Under the pieces are notes generated by a model. It was not told the origin of the DNA, ran no database searches, and worked only from the letters and a program-made list of their open reading frames with translations. Shown piece after piece: positions 43,657-54,069 of a stretch of DNA of 64,000 bases. The stretch spans positions 128,001 to 192,000 of the forward strand of contig CAVVUN010000002.1 in NCBI GenBank assembly GCA_963751455.1, written 5' to 3'. The position numbers were made by a program, and so were the translations under genes. This DNA comes from Nitrospirota bacterium (GTDB taxonomy: Bacteria > Nitrospirota > UBA9217). Each line of letters opens with the position of its first letter. Position 1 is the first letter of the stretch.

Positions 43657-45057
43657 ATGAACGATATAGCAATAAGCGTCAAAAACATAAGCAAAAGCTA
43701 CCGCATGTATCCTTCGCCAAAGGAGAAACTGAAGGAGCTGCTACACCCTTTTGGGAAGAAGTACCACAAGGAGTTCTGGGCGCTCCGTGATGTCTCCTTG
43801 GATGTCAAGAAGGGCGAGTGCATCGGCATTATCGGAAGGAACGGCAGCGGCAAGTCCACGCTGCTGCAAATCATCTGCGGGGTACTTCAGTCAACCTCAG
43901 GTGAAGCAAAGGTTAGCGGCAGAATATCGGCTCTCCTGGAACTTGGGGCCGGGTTCAACCGGGAATTTTCGGGCCGGGAAAATGTCCATATGAACGGCGC
44001 GCTGATGGGCCTCCCCAAAGAGGAGATGGATGAAAAGTTCCAGGCAATCGCGGATTTTGCCGACATCGGCCAGTTCATCGAACAGCCGGTAAAGACATAT
44101 TCGAGCGGTATGTATGTGAGACTTGCATTTGCCTGCGCGGTAAATGTTGATCCGGATATTTTGATTGTCGACGAGGCGCTGTCGGTCGGGGACGAGGCTT
44201 TCCAGCGGAAGTGCTATGCTCGCATCACGAATTTTAAGGAACGGGGCAAGACCATACTTTTCGTTTCTCATTCAGCCGCTGCCATCGTTCAGCTGTGCGA
44301 TAGAGCGGTTCTCTTTGAGCGGGGTCAACTTCTCCTCGAAGGGACGCCGAAACTTGTGGTGTCTAAATATCAACAGCTCATCTATGCGCCTGCTGAAAAG
44401 GCTAAGGAGTTGCGCCAAGAAATAATTGCACTTAATAATTCAAGTGCAAAGAGTGTAGATAATGTCCGAGACAACGCCAAAGAACAAGACAAGGCCGCTC
44501 CAAATAGAAACGATAAATCATCTCTACATGCATACTATGATCCTCATCTTAAGTCTCAGAGTACTATTGAATATGAATCACGCGGAGTCCGGATAAAAGA
44601 CCCCCATATCACGACACTTGATGGGAAAAAAGTGAATGCACTCGTGCGCGGAGTAGAGTACATATATACATATTCTCTCCATTTTGAAAAGGCCGCATAC
44701 AATGTCAGGGCTGGGATGATGATAAAGACCATTAGAGGTTTGGAACTCGGTGGTATAGGCAATCCGACCGATAACGGTATTGAGCATATCAAGGAAGGGG
44801 CTGTTCTGCAGGTGAAGATTAGGTTTAGGTGCAGCCTATTGCCGGGAGTATATTTCATGAATGCAGGTATATTTGGCACCGTCAACGGTAACGAGATCTT
44901 TTTACACCGGATAGTGGATGTAATTATGTTCAGAGTCCAGCCGGAAAAGAGCATCTTTGTGTCCGGAACAATAGATTTTTCTTCGACTGAAGTGGCCCCG
45001 CCGATTGAAATGAGAATGCACGATAATGTAGACCAGAAATTATTGAAAAAGACATGA
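43657..45057 (+). CDS. wzt: Polysaccharide ABC transporter ATPase with C-terminal carbohydrate-binding domain
   Basis: GRNGSGKST, YSSGM, VDEALSVGD, Wzt_C-like tail. Confidence 0.93.
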   Translation: MNDIAISVKNISKSYRMYPSPKEKLKELLHPFGKKYHKEFWALRDVSLDVKKGECIGIIGRNGSGKSTLLQIICGVLQSTSGEAKVSGRISALLELGAGFNREFSGRENVHMNGALMGLPKEEMDEKFQAIADFADIGQFIEQPVKTYSSGMYVRLAFACAVNVDPDILIVDEALSVGDEAFQRKCYARITNFKERGKTILFVSHSAAAIVQLCDRAVLFERGQLLLEGTPKLVVSKYQQLIYAPAEKAKELRQEIIALNNSSAKSVDNVRDNAKEQDKAAPNRNDKSSLHAYYDPHLKSQSTIEYESRGVRIKDPHITTLDGKKVNALVRGVEYIYTYSLHFEKAAYNVRAGMMIKTIRGLELGGIGNPTDNGIEHIKEGAVLQVKIRFRCSLLPGVYFMNAGIFGTVNGNEIFLHRIVDVIMFRVQPEKSIFVSGTIDFSSTEVAPPIEMRMHDNVDQKLLKKT

Positions 45058-45128
45058 TATAGCGGTCGGAGCATGCCCTGGCACGTGTCGCATTGTCGGG
45101 ATAACGGCCAGAAGCCGGGGTAAAGGAG

Positions 45129-45794
45129 ATGATTGAGTTGCAGACGAAGGAAATATACGAACTTGATTTTCAGAAAGGGTGGAAGGAGTTTGATTGGGAT
45201 TTTTTAATGATCAAGCTCCGGGATTACTGGAAGACCTATCGATATCTGGATGAAACTCTTTCATGCGTACGACCGCTCGATGGCAAAAGAGTACTGGATG
45301 TAGGATGCGGAGTGATTTCTGTCATTAATGTAATTAAAGAGTCGAGTGCTGAGTTTTACGGCATAGACACCCTCATGGATGAATACAAGAAGCTCTATGT
45401 GCTGGACGGAACAGTTCACTGGTCTAGCGGCCGTGGGGAAGAGATCCCGTTTGAAGATGGGTGGTTCGACATCGTTTTTTGCACTAATATTATTGACCAC
45501 GCTGATGAGCCCGGGAGGGTGGCTGGAGAATTATTTCGCATTCTAAGGCCTGGAGGCAACCTTGTGTTGACGGTTGATATATTTCAACATGAAGAAGGTC
45601 GCGACCCAGCGCACCCCCATGCCTTCACTTCGGGATATGTTGATAATCTACTTGCCCAGAATGGTTTTGAGGTTATCTTTGATCGTTATTCTCCAATAAG
45701 GGCGCAAGTCTTTCGGTTTGTAAAAGAGAGCCTTGTATATGACGATGTTAAGGAAAGGGTTATAGTAGGCCGTAAGAAGGCGGGTAAGAGTTGA
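45129..45794 (+). CDS. Class I SAM-dependent methyltransferase
   Basis: VLDVGCG, RILRPGG. Confidence 0.9.
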   Translation: MIELQTKEIYELDFQKGWKEFDWDFLMIKLRDYWKTYRYLDETLSCVRPLDGKRVLDVGCGVISVINVIKESSAEFYGIDTLMDEYKKLYVLDGTVHWSSGRGEEIPFEDGWFDIVFCTNIIDHADEPGRVAGELFRILRPGGNLVLTVDIFQHEEGRDPAHPHAFTSGYVDNLLAQNGFEVIFDRYSPIRAQVFRFVKESLVYDDVKERVIVGRKKAGKS

Positions 45795-46693
45795 TGACAA
45801 AAGCCATATGCATTTTGGGCATGCATAGAAGCGGCACCTCAGTCATTACACGCGCTATTAACCTTTTGGGCGCCTATATAGGTAATGAATCCGATCTCAT
45901 TCCTCCGGAAGATTATAATCCTGTCGGTTTTTGGGAAAGAGGCGATGTTGTAGATTTTCACGAGCGTCTTATGCGTAAGCTCGGGATCGCATGGGATGTG
46001 ATTGTGCCTCTTCCGCAGCGGTGGCACTTATCGGAAGATATAAAGCCATTCAAGGCGGAACTTAAAGAACTGCTGCATAGAAACTTTTCAGGCCATAACC
46101 TTTGGGCATGGAAAGACCCGAGGACATCCGTTCTCTTGGATATCTGGAAAGACGTGCTCGTTGAGCTTGATGTCGAGCTCCGGTGCCTTTACGTTATAAG
46201 AAACCCAATAGATGTAGTTAGGTCATTTGAAAGAAGAAAATGTTTGACAACGGACAGGATTGTGGGGGTTTGGTTCAATTATAACCTTGCCGCGTTGAAC
46301 TCATCTTCTGACCTTTCGCGCACCTTTATCTCATATGACAAATTTATGCATAATTGGGAAGAAGAACTGAGGAGGTGTGCTTACGGGCTTGGCGTTGCAT
46401 GGCCTCAAGACGGTTCAGGGATAGCGAAGAAAATGAAAGAGTTTATCCGCCCGGATCTGCGACATAGCGTTTCTTCACTCGAACTTCTAAAGGCTTTTGG
46501 CATTCCCCAACCTGTTACTGAGCTTTATGCCCTACTGGAAGGCGTGGCCGTCGGAGCTGCAACCCCGGGCAGGTCTTTAGAAATCACGGTTAAGAGACTT
46601 ACAGAAGAGTTTTTAATGTACGCTCGATTTTTCAGGCATGACTATGAAAGAGTGATTTTTCTTTCCGAGAGATTAGAGAAACTTGGGACATGA
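45794..46693 (+). CDS. Sulfotransferase family protein
   Basis: GMHRSGTS 5'-PSB loop, WKDPR, RNP...S. Confidence 0.88.
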   Translation: MTKAICILGMHRSGTSVITRAINLLGAYIGNESDLIPPEDYNPVGFWERGDVVDFHERLMRKLGIAWDVIVPLPQRWHLSEDIKPFKAELKELLHRNFSGHNLWAWKDPRTSVLLDIWKDVLVELDVELRCLYVIRNPIDVVRSFERRKCLTTDRIVGVWFNYNLAALNSSSDLSRTFISYDKFMHNWEEELRRCAYGLGVAWPQDGSGIAKKMKEFIRPDLRHSVSSLELLKAFGIPQPVTELYALLEGVAVGAATPGRSLEITVKRLTEEFLMYARFFRHDYERVIFLSERLEKLGT

Positions 46694-46823
46694 CATTTAC
46701 TTAAGGATCAAGAAAATGATGCTCGATTTATCTTGTGGAACTAAAGCAAAAAAGAGGTTGGTCTGTCCTGTCATCTAAATAAACTCGCGGGTGTCTTTGA
46801 GAAAACCTGAACCAAGGACTACT

Positions 46824-48680
46824 ATGAGGATGAAAGCTTCCGTCATTATATGCACATATAACCGTATTGGCCTCCTTAAAGAAGCAATCGAATCTATAAG
46901 GACTCAGGATTTTCCCATTAGCCAGTTTGAAATCGTTGTAGTCGACAACAATTCAAAGGATAGCACGGCACGGCTGATAAAAGAAATAGCCAATACATCG
47001 TCGGTAAAGATCAAGTATGTGTTTGAAGGCAGGCAGGGGCTGTCGCACGCGAGGAATGCCGGAATCAGTAAAGCCGAAGGTGAGATTATTGCTTTTACTG
47101 ATGACGACATCGAAGCTGATAAGGCATGGCTGCGCGAGCTCGTATCGGCTTTCGACAGCCCTGACGTATATTGTGCGGGCGGACCTTTAAGACCTGTTTG
47201 GTTAACGGAACGACCGGAATGGCTTACCGAGCGCTGGCAGGGATATTTTGCGGTCAATGAGTTCACAAGCGCCCATGAGAGCGGGGAGTTCAAATGGCCA
47301 AATTATCCCTGGGGCGCAAATACGGCGTATCGCAGGCAAGTTTTCACTGAGTTGGGCCAGTTCTCCACCGACCTCGGTCGGAAGGGCAAGTGTCTTCTTT
47401 CGAACGAAGAGATAAACCTTTGCAGAAAGATCGAGCAAAGCGGCAAAAGAATCCGTTTCGTGCCTGGAGCAGTGATACATCATAAGATCTCTCCGGAAAG
47501 GATGAAAAAACAGTGGCTGTACCACCGGACTTACTGGCAAGGAAGGTCCGACGCATTGCTTTATCAGAACACTTTTATGGACATTTACGCCAATCTTCGG
47601 ACTCATGCATCATTGTCACTGCGGCGTGAGGTGGAGAGACGGGAAAGTGAGTTCGATATCAAGTGCGGCCTACGTGCTGCAAAAGGTTATCTTCACCAAC
47701 TGCTGTTATCAGACATTAAAGGGACAAGCAATTTCAAAAGGGTGAGGGTGCTTGAGACGTTTATCCAGGAATTGATAAGGACAACGGGCCGTCTGGTGGC
47801 GGACAGGGACAATACTTTAACAGGGTTGAGAAGCGCAGTCGAAGCCAGAGATAAAGATGTACGGGACAAAAACCTTCTCCTTGTGGAAAGGGACGAAAAG
47901 CTTAAAGTGCTCGGACCTCTTGACGAAAAACTCAGGCGACTGGAAGAGTCAATCAAGGTCTTCGGGCAGTTTAGGCAGTATGAAGACCATTTGCGGCAAA
48001 AAGACCAAGACATAAAAAACAAGGACGAAGCACTCAAGCGGAAAGACGAGGCATCGAGCGTCGAGAAGCAGAGACTGGACGAAGTCGTAAGGCAAAAAGA
48101 AGATAAGATTACACAATTGGAGGGCATGATAAGAGAGAAAGACGAGGCATTGAGCGTCGAGAGGCAGAGACTTGACGAAGTCGTAAGGCAAAAAGAAGAT
48201 AAGATTACACAATTGGAGGGCATGATAAGAGAGAAAGACGAGGCATTGAGCGTCGAGAGGCAGAGACTTGACGAAGTCGTAAGGCAAAAAGAAGAGCAGA
48301 TCACACAATTGGAGGGAATGATAAGAGAAAAAGACAGCCAGTTCAGACAGAAATGCGAAGAGCTCATAGAAGTTGACAATAATATCAAGGCCAAGTGCAT
48401 AGAAGTCGTCACAAAAGACCAGGAACTGATGAAGGCTTGCGATGAGAGAAGTGCAGAGAAACAGAGACTTGAGGCAGAGTTGAGAAAAAGGGATGAGATG
48501 CTGAAGCATTATGAGAAGGCGATCTCTGATTTCCAAAGGGTGTTTAAAGAAAGGGAAAAACTTGAAACACAAATTGCACAACGCAATAACACTATTGAAG
48601 AAATCCGTAATTCAATGAGCTGGAAGATAACCGCTCCCTTACGGATTGTCTATGGCATATTAAGGCGGCATGGGAAATGA
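46824..48680 (+). CDS. GT2 glycosyltransferase with a long C-terminal coiled coil
   Basis: IICTYNR, GLSHARN, FTDDD; 3 x 32-aa repeat; SWKITAPLR. Confidence 0.92.
   Translation: MRMKASVIICTYNRIGLLKEAIESIRTQDFPISQFEIVVVDNNSKDSTARLIKEIANTSSVKIKYVFEGRQGLSHARNAGISKAEGEIIAFTDDDIEADKAWLRELVSAFDSPDVYCAGGPLRPVWLTERPEWLTERWQGYFAVNEFTSAHESGEFKWPNYPWGANTAYRRQVFTELGQFSTDLGRKGKCLLSNEEINLCRKIEQSGKRIRFVPGAVIHHKISPERMKKQWLYHRTYWQGRSDALLYQNTFMDIYANLRTHASLSLRREVERRESEFDIKCGLRAAKGYLHQLLLSDIKGTSNFKRVRVLETFIQELIRTTGRLVADRDNTLTGLRSAVEARDKDVRDKNLLLVERDEKLKVLGPLDEKLRRLEESIKVFGQFRQYEDHLRQKDQDIKNKDEALKRKDEASSVEKQRLDEVVRQKEDKITQLEGMIREKDEALSVERQRLDEVVRQKEDKITQLEGMIREKDEALSVERQRLDEVVRQKEEQITQLEGMIREKDSQFRQKCEELIEVDNNIKAKCIEVVTKDQELMKACDERSAEKQRLEAELRKRDEMLKHYEKAISDFQRVFKEREKLETQIAQRNNTIEEIRNSMSWKITAPLRIVYGILRRHGK
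48042..48335 (+). repeat. Three tandem 96-bp repeats in the coiled coil
   Basis: Units at 48042, 48138 and 48234 encode KDEA.SVE.QRLDEVVRQKE..ITQLEGMIRE. Confidence 0.92.
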
Positions 48681-48856
48681 AGAGGATTTATTAATATTGA
48701 GATTCATAAAAAGAGAAACATAAAAACGGCAGATTATTTATCATAGAGACGCGGAGACATAGTCGGAAAATTTTGTAACCATCCAGGTGAATGCCTAACT
48801 ACTTTTTCTGTGATAAATGCTAAATTGGATAGAGCTGCTACGACAGGAAGTGAAAA

Positions 48857-50947
48857 GTGAACATACTTTTTTTTAAAAAGTCCATTCCCAGGCCGGATCA
48901 ATTTTCCGGTGACAGAAGATGTTTTGAGATTTTAAGTATGCTGGCAAAGAGGCATAATGTAGATTTCTTCGCTACAGAAGACATTGAAAAGGTCCCTATT
49001 TCTGCAAGGGATCGATATGAAGGAATGCTTAAAGAAATTAATGTGAATGTTATTTATTTAAAGTATTTAAGTATTGGAGAATTATTGTCGAAGAAACAGT
49101 ATGATATCGGTTATTTTGTTTTTTTTACGATTGCCGAGGAACATATGGATACATTCAGAAAGCAGCAGCCCGGATCATTTGTATTTGTTGATTCGGTCGA
49201 TGTTCATTTCTCGAGGGAAAAATTGGCAGTGCAGCTCGGTTTGCTCGATGAAACGGCAGCCATTAAGAATAAAGCGAGAGAATTAAATATTTATAGAAAG
49301 GCCGATGCGGTTATTGTGGTCAGCGACCATGACAAAGAATTGCTTCAAAATGAGAAGAATTTGCCATCCGTTTATATTGTGCCGAACATCGTTCAGGCCA
49401 GGCAAAGGGAAGCAATCGAGAGGGGCAAGGAAATTATTTTCATAGGAGGATACGCATGGCCGCCTAACGTTGATGGAGCGCTATGGTTCGCGAGAGATAT
49501 TTGGCCTCATATTCATAGGGCAGTGCCGGATGCTTTTTTTTCAGTTATCGGGAGCAATCCCACAACAGAAATAAATAATCTTAAAGATGTGCCCGGCATA
49601 AATGTTGTGGGGTATGTACCCGAAACCGCTCCGTTCTTAAACAGAGCCGCAATTTCAATTGCTCCGCTTCGCTATGGGGGGGGGCTGAAAGGCAAAGTGA
49701 ACGAAGCGATGGCGTACGGCGTGCCGGTCGTGACCACTTCGGTGGGCGCACAAGGCTTTAATGCCAAAAACGGCGAACATTTGATAATTGAGGATAAGCC
49801 GATTGCATTTGCGGACGCGTGTATAGATTTGTTAAATAATCCTCAAAAACAAAGAAGTATTGGATTGGCAGGTCAGGAACTGAACAGCAGGATATGCAGT
49901 CCTGAAATAGCAAATATGAAGCTTTCCAGCATGATTGGGGATGTCGAAAAATTGAGGATAAAAGCAATGATGAAAGAAAACCAGCACATCTTTAGAATCC
50001 AAGACGAAATGCTTGGAAAACTGAAACGGCTTGAAACGGAACTTTCTGAAAAAGACAAAACAATATCCGATTTAACAAACAGCAGGAGTTGGAAATTGAC
50101 AGCGCCCCTCAGGGCTGTACATGAACTGTATCAACATAAAAATGACGGGCTTATAAAGCAAATAAAGAATTTTGTAAGGATTCAAACTAATAAGAATGAA
50201 AAAAATCTTAATAAAATAGCTGCTTTGAAAAATAAGCATATAGGAGAAATTGGTTTTATTATAGGCAATGGACCGAGCGTTAGAATAGAGGATTTGGAAA
50301 AGCTTAAGAATACGATAACATTTTGCGCAAATCGCTTTTATCTTGCATATAACAAGATGAAGTTCAGGCCTAAATACACACTAATATGTGATAACCAGGT
50401 CATCAGGGATGACGGAAATGACATAGTTTCGAGGAGTGAAGGGATTAAAATAGTTTTTTATGATGCGAAAGACCCGAATCTTCCGAGAATAAAGGGAAAA
50501 CACATATCAATTATACGCAGAGAACCCCGGCCCATGCCGTTTTCGAAAGACCCTGGAGATTTTGTTCCGAGCGGAGGCTCAGTTGTCATTGCGGCCATGC
50601 AGATGGCTTATTTCATGGGAATAAGAACAATGTATCTTTATGGGATCGACCATACCTTCAAGTACGAGAAGGTCGAATCGCAAGACGTCTGGACTTCAGC
50701 GAAAGGCGATGACAACCATTTCATAAAAAATTACAGGGGTGGAAAGAACTGGTGTCCGCCGGACCTGAAATACATAGAGGACTCCTTTTCCGAGTGCAGG
50801 AAATTTGCCGATAAAAACGGCGTGGTCATAAAGAATGCGACCCGTGGAGGGAAGCTGGAAATATTTGAACGAATCGATTTCGACGAGATCGAAAAATTAA
50901 GCTCTCGAAATGCAGGAACGTTGCCCATAAAAGCGGCATGGTCATAA
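48857..50947 (+). CDS. GT4 glycosyltransferase fused to a DUF115/MAF-like domain
   Basis: PPNVDG, APLRYGGGLKGK..EAM; SWKLTAPLR; IIGNGPS...YLYGIDH...NATRGG. Confidence 0.88.
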   Translation: MNILFFKKSIPRPDQFSGDRRCFEILSMLAKRHNVDFFATEDIEKVPISARDRYEGMLKEINVNVIYLKYLSIGELLSKKQYDIGYFVFFTIAEEHMDTFRKQQPGSFVFVDSVDVHFSREKLAVQLGLLDETAAIKNKARELNIYRKADAVIVVSDHDKELLQNEKNLPSVYIVPNIVQARQREAIERGKEIIFIGGYAWPPNVDGALWFARDIWPHIHRAVPDAFFSVIGSNPTTEINNLKDVPGINVVGYVPETAPFLNRAAISIAPLRYGGGLKGKVNEAMAYGVPVVTTSVGAQGFNAKNGEHLIIEDKPIAFADACIDLLNNPQKQRSIGLAGQELNSRICSPEIANMKLSSMIGDVEKLRIKAMMKENQHIFRIQDEMLGKLKRLETELSEKDKTISDLTNSRSWKLTAPLRAVHELYQHKNDGLIKQIKNFVRIQTNKNEKNLNKIAALKNKHIGEIGFIIGNGPSVRIEDLEKLKNTITFCANRFYLAYNKMKFRPKYTLICDNQVIRDDGNDIVSRSEGIKIVFYDAKDPNLPRIKGKHISIIRREPRPMPFSKDPGDFVPSGGSVVIAAMQMAYFMGIRTMYLYGIDHTFKYEKVESQDVWTSAKGDDNHFIKNYRGGKNWCPPDLKYIEDSFSECRKFADKNGVVIKNATRGGKLEIFERIDFDEIEKLSSRNAGTLPIKAAWS

Positions 50948-51037
50948 AGAATGCGAGCCGCAAAGGGAAACCGAAATATTCGAAAGGATTGATTTCGACG
51001 AGATTAGAAAATAAATCTCTCAATAAGAATAAATACT

Positions 51038-52138
51038 ATGAAGAACTTGAAGAAAAAAGCACGGTTGATCGCTCTGTACTTGCCGCAGTATCACCCTATT
51101 CCCGAAAATGATGAATGGTGGGGCAAGGGCTTTACCGAGTGGGTCTCAGTTGCCAAAGCCAAACCTCTCTTTCGGGGGCATGAGCAGCCAAAAATTCCGA
51201 CTGAATTAGGTTTCTATGATCTCAGAGTCGAAGATTCAAGAATCAAGCAGGCGGAGTTAGCGGAGGAGCACGGGATTGAGGGTTTTTGTTATTGGCATTA
51301 TTGGATGGGTAACGGCAAAAGACTGCTGGAAAGACCCTTCGATGAAGTTTTAAAAACCGGCAAACCCGATTATCCTTTTTGCCTGGCATGGGCAAACCAT
51401 GACTGGAAGGGACGCGCCTTCGGCGCCAAAGACAGGCTATTGTGCAAGCAGGAATATCCCGGGATGGAGGATTACAAAAATCATTTTTATTGCTTATTAA
51501 GGGCCTTCCAGGATGAGCGATATATTACTGTGAACGGCAAGCCTCTTATTTTGATCTATTTTCCGAAAGAAGTCCCTGACTGTAAAAGGCTTACAGACTA
51601 CTGGCGGGAACTTGCATTAAAAGAAGGACTCAAAGGGCTGCATATCGTTTCTGACAATACCTCGAAAAACAGGATCGAACAATACGGGCTCGACGCGGTT
51701 CTGGTGACCCGCCACCGTTATTTGGACCATCTGACGGACTATTGCGGCGGTGACTGGGGTTGGCTGAGAAAATTGCTGATAAAAATAAATTCACCATATA
51801 ATATCCTGAATAAATATCCGTATGAGAAAGCGATGAAATATTATCTGCAGGAAAGTAATTACAGTCTACTCGAATACCCGAATATTGTTCCCAATTGGGA
51901 CACAACTCCGAGACTCGGCAGAGATGCCACAATTGTCTATGGGTCAACACCTGAGCTGTTCAGGAAGCACGTTAATGAAGCCTTGGAGAAAGTAAAGAAA
52001 AAACCATTTGAAGAAAACATAGTTTTCATAAGGGCCTGGAATGAGTGGGCAGAAGGTAATTACATTGAGCCTGATGATAAATGGGGAAGGGCGTATTTGG
52101 AAGTGCTTAGAGATGAAGTATTTGTGAGAGAAGAATAG
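51038..52138 (+). CDS. WbsX/GH99-like glycosyltransferase
   Basis: YLPQYHPIPENDEWWGKGFTEW, WNEWAEG. Confidence 0.9.
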   Translation: MKNLKKKARLIALYLPQYHPIPENDEWWGKGFTEWVSVAKAKPLFRGHEQPKIPTELGFYDLRVEDSRIKQAELAEEHGIEGFCYWHYWMGNGKRLLERPFDEVLKTGKPDYPFCLAWANHDWKGRAFGAKDRLLCKQEYPGMEDYKNHFYCLLRAFQDERYITVNGKPLILIYFPKEVPDCKRLTDYWRELALKEGLKGLHIVSDNTSKNRIEQYGLDAVLVTRHRYLDHLTDYCGGDWGWLRKLLIKINSPYNILNKYPYEKAMKYYLQESNYSLLEYPNIVPNWDTTPRLGRDATIVYGSTPELFRKHVNEALEKVKKKPFEENIVFIRAWNEWAEGNYIEPDDKWGRAYLEVLRDEVFVREE

Positions 52139-52299
52139 AAACGGTCGGAGAAATAATATATAAACCGGACTGACATTGTATAGGAGGTTGACATGTAAAA
52201 TAATTCTTTTGGCGTGAGATCTCTGTAGATAAGAGCAAAATCAACTTTACGGGATGAAGTGAGTCAGTGTAAACTAAATACATTTTATTGGAGGCTATT

Positions 52300-52887
52300 A
52301 TGATTAACAGTAAAGAATCATGGCATCTGTCGCTCATATTAATTTTGCTTTTATTGTCTGTTTTGATTGGTGTCGGCTGCAAAGCAAAGGAATCAACCGA
52401 GACCAAGCCAGCTGAAGCGCCAACTACAGCGCCAACTACAACTTCAACTGCCAGTGCAGGTAACTTGATCAAGGATGAGAATGATTTCAGCTCGAAACTC
52501 TGGATTAAGAAAGATGCAATAGTGACACCGGCCGCAGTTTCCGCTCCTGAAGGGCAAGGCAAGGCTGACATGATCAAATTCAAGAAAAAAGAAGCGATTA
52601 TTTTTCAGGGCGATAATCTGCTGGTTAAACCAGGTGACACTGCTTCTGGGAGCATGTACTTATGGGCAAAACAGCCGGTTATTTTAAAAATTGGCATTAT
52701 CAGACATTGCGACAATAGCGATTTTGAGGGGACATTCAAGGATATAAGATTAACTGATAAACCGGTTCAATACGAAGTGAGTCATACCTTCGCAAAGCCG
52801 CATGGTTGTGCCAGAATACAGCTCTTTTCGCACAAAAATCAGGAAATATATGCGTGGGGTGCAAAGCTTAACAGAAATGCAAAGTGA
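52300..52887 (+). CDS. Lipoprotein with a Thr/Pro linker and a CBM-like domain
   Basis: Lipobox GVGC; TTAPTT linker. Confidence 0.7.
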   Translation: MINSKESWHLSLILILLLLSVLIGVGCKAKESTETKPAEAPTTAPTTTSTASAGNLIKDENDFSSKLWIKKDAIVTPAAVSAPEGQGKADMIKFKKKEAIIFQGDNLLVKPGDTASGSMYLWAKQPVILKIGIIRHCDNSDFEGTFKDIRLTDKPVQYEVSHTFAKPHGCARIQLFSHKNQEIYAWGAKLNRNAK

Positions 52888-53121
52888 GTCTGCTCATTAA
52901 CTTACAAATCCCTGCAGCTCGCTACGATGTCAGTCCTATACAGGGAAGAGTATGAGAAACGCAGGTCGCTCATATTAATAATTTTCCCATTTGATACCCC
53001 GCAGCTTGTGCTGCGGGGAGGTTCTTTTGGAGCCTGCTTAGAGAGAGCGGCTGTGGAGCAGTTATCAGAGACTTCATATGCATGATTGCATGCTTATTCA
53101 TTAGTTAAACTAAAAGCTACG

Positions 53122-54069
53122 ATGATTTCGGGATATCAATTAAGAAGAATTTTATTGTATTTCGTTCTGGTTGCGCTCTGTGCTGCCGCCCTCAACAGCG
53201 AGGCTTTCATCGGTGATTTTGTTTATCCTGATGACTATTACAGAGCTTTTATTTACAATCGTACGCAGACGCCGTTAGAGGTTATAGTAGGGAAAGAGGG
53301 CTGGCTCTATAAAGACGCTGACTTGAAGGCCACATATCTGGGAAAGCCTTACTCTGAAGCTGAGTTGATTAAGATCAGGTCGTTTTTTGAAAAATTGAAA
53401 GGGTATGCAAAGGCAAGGGGAATAAAAGTCATGTTCTTCATCTCGCCCACTACCCCCTCCATTTATCCTGAATACTTGCCGGCAACTGTAAAGATAAAGA
53501 AAACGACCCCAGTGGACCAGTTGTACGGCTATTTGGCAACACATTCGATTGTAGATGTGATTTATCCTAAAAAGGTATTGCTGAAAGAGAAAGACAGGCA
53601 TAAACTTTACTACAAAAATGATGCACACTGGACGGAAATGGGGGCTTTTTGGGGAACCCGAAACCTGATGGAACACGCCTCAAAATGGTTTCCGGCAATT
53701 AGCCTGCACCCGCTTACTGATTATAAACTGGTAAGCACAAGGAATTTTGGAGGTACGTTAAGCAAGTTGATTAATATTGAACCGGTGCTTCTTGAGGATG
53801 TTGTCAGTCTTGAGTCAAAATTTGCTTTAAGGGACGCAGCCTCTCTCCCCAAGGCACTGATTATACACGACTCCTATTATTATAACTCACGAAAATATAT
53901 TCGTGAGAATTTCAATGTAATTGACGCAAAGTTCTTCAAGGGAGATCGCGTGTTCAATGAAGACGATATGTCCGAGCTCGTGCATCAGATGGACTCGTCA
54001 AAACCGGATGTCTTGATCCTTTTCTTTTGCGAGCGAGGTTATGACCGACTTCTCGGAAGGCATAGCTAA
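53122..54069 (+). CDS. AlgX/AlgJ-like O-acetyltransferase
   Basis: GKEGWLY, YYKNDAHW, IHDSY. Confidence 0.8.
   Translation: MISGYQLRRILLYFVLVALCAAALNSEAFIGDFVYPDDYYRAFIYNRTQTPLEVIVGKEGWLYKDADLKATYLGKPYSEAELIKIRSFFEKLKGYAKARGIKVMFFISPTTPSIYPEYLPATVKIKKTTPVDQLYGYLATHSIVDVIYPKKVLLKEKDRHKLYYKNDAHWTEMGAFWGTRNLMEHASKWFPAISLHPLTDYKLVSTRNFGGTLSKLINIEPVLLEDVVSLESKFALRDAASLPKALIIHDSYYYNSRKYIRENFNVIDAKFFKGDRVFNEDDMSELVHQMDSSKPDVLILFFCERGYDRLLGRHS

Noticed and set aside
50820-51022. DGR template/variable repeat pair
   Set aside because: Mismatches are not adenine-specific and there is no reverse transcriptase in the window
52905-53025. IS200/IS605 element
   Set aside because: Only end-like palindromes (ccccgcagc...gctgcgggg) remain, with no transposase; similar hairpin relics at 32845-32940
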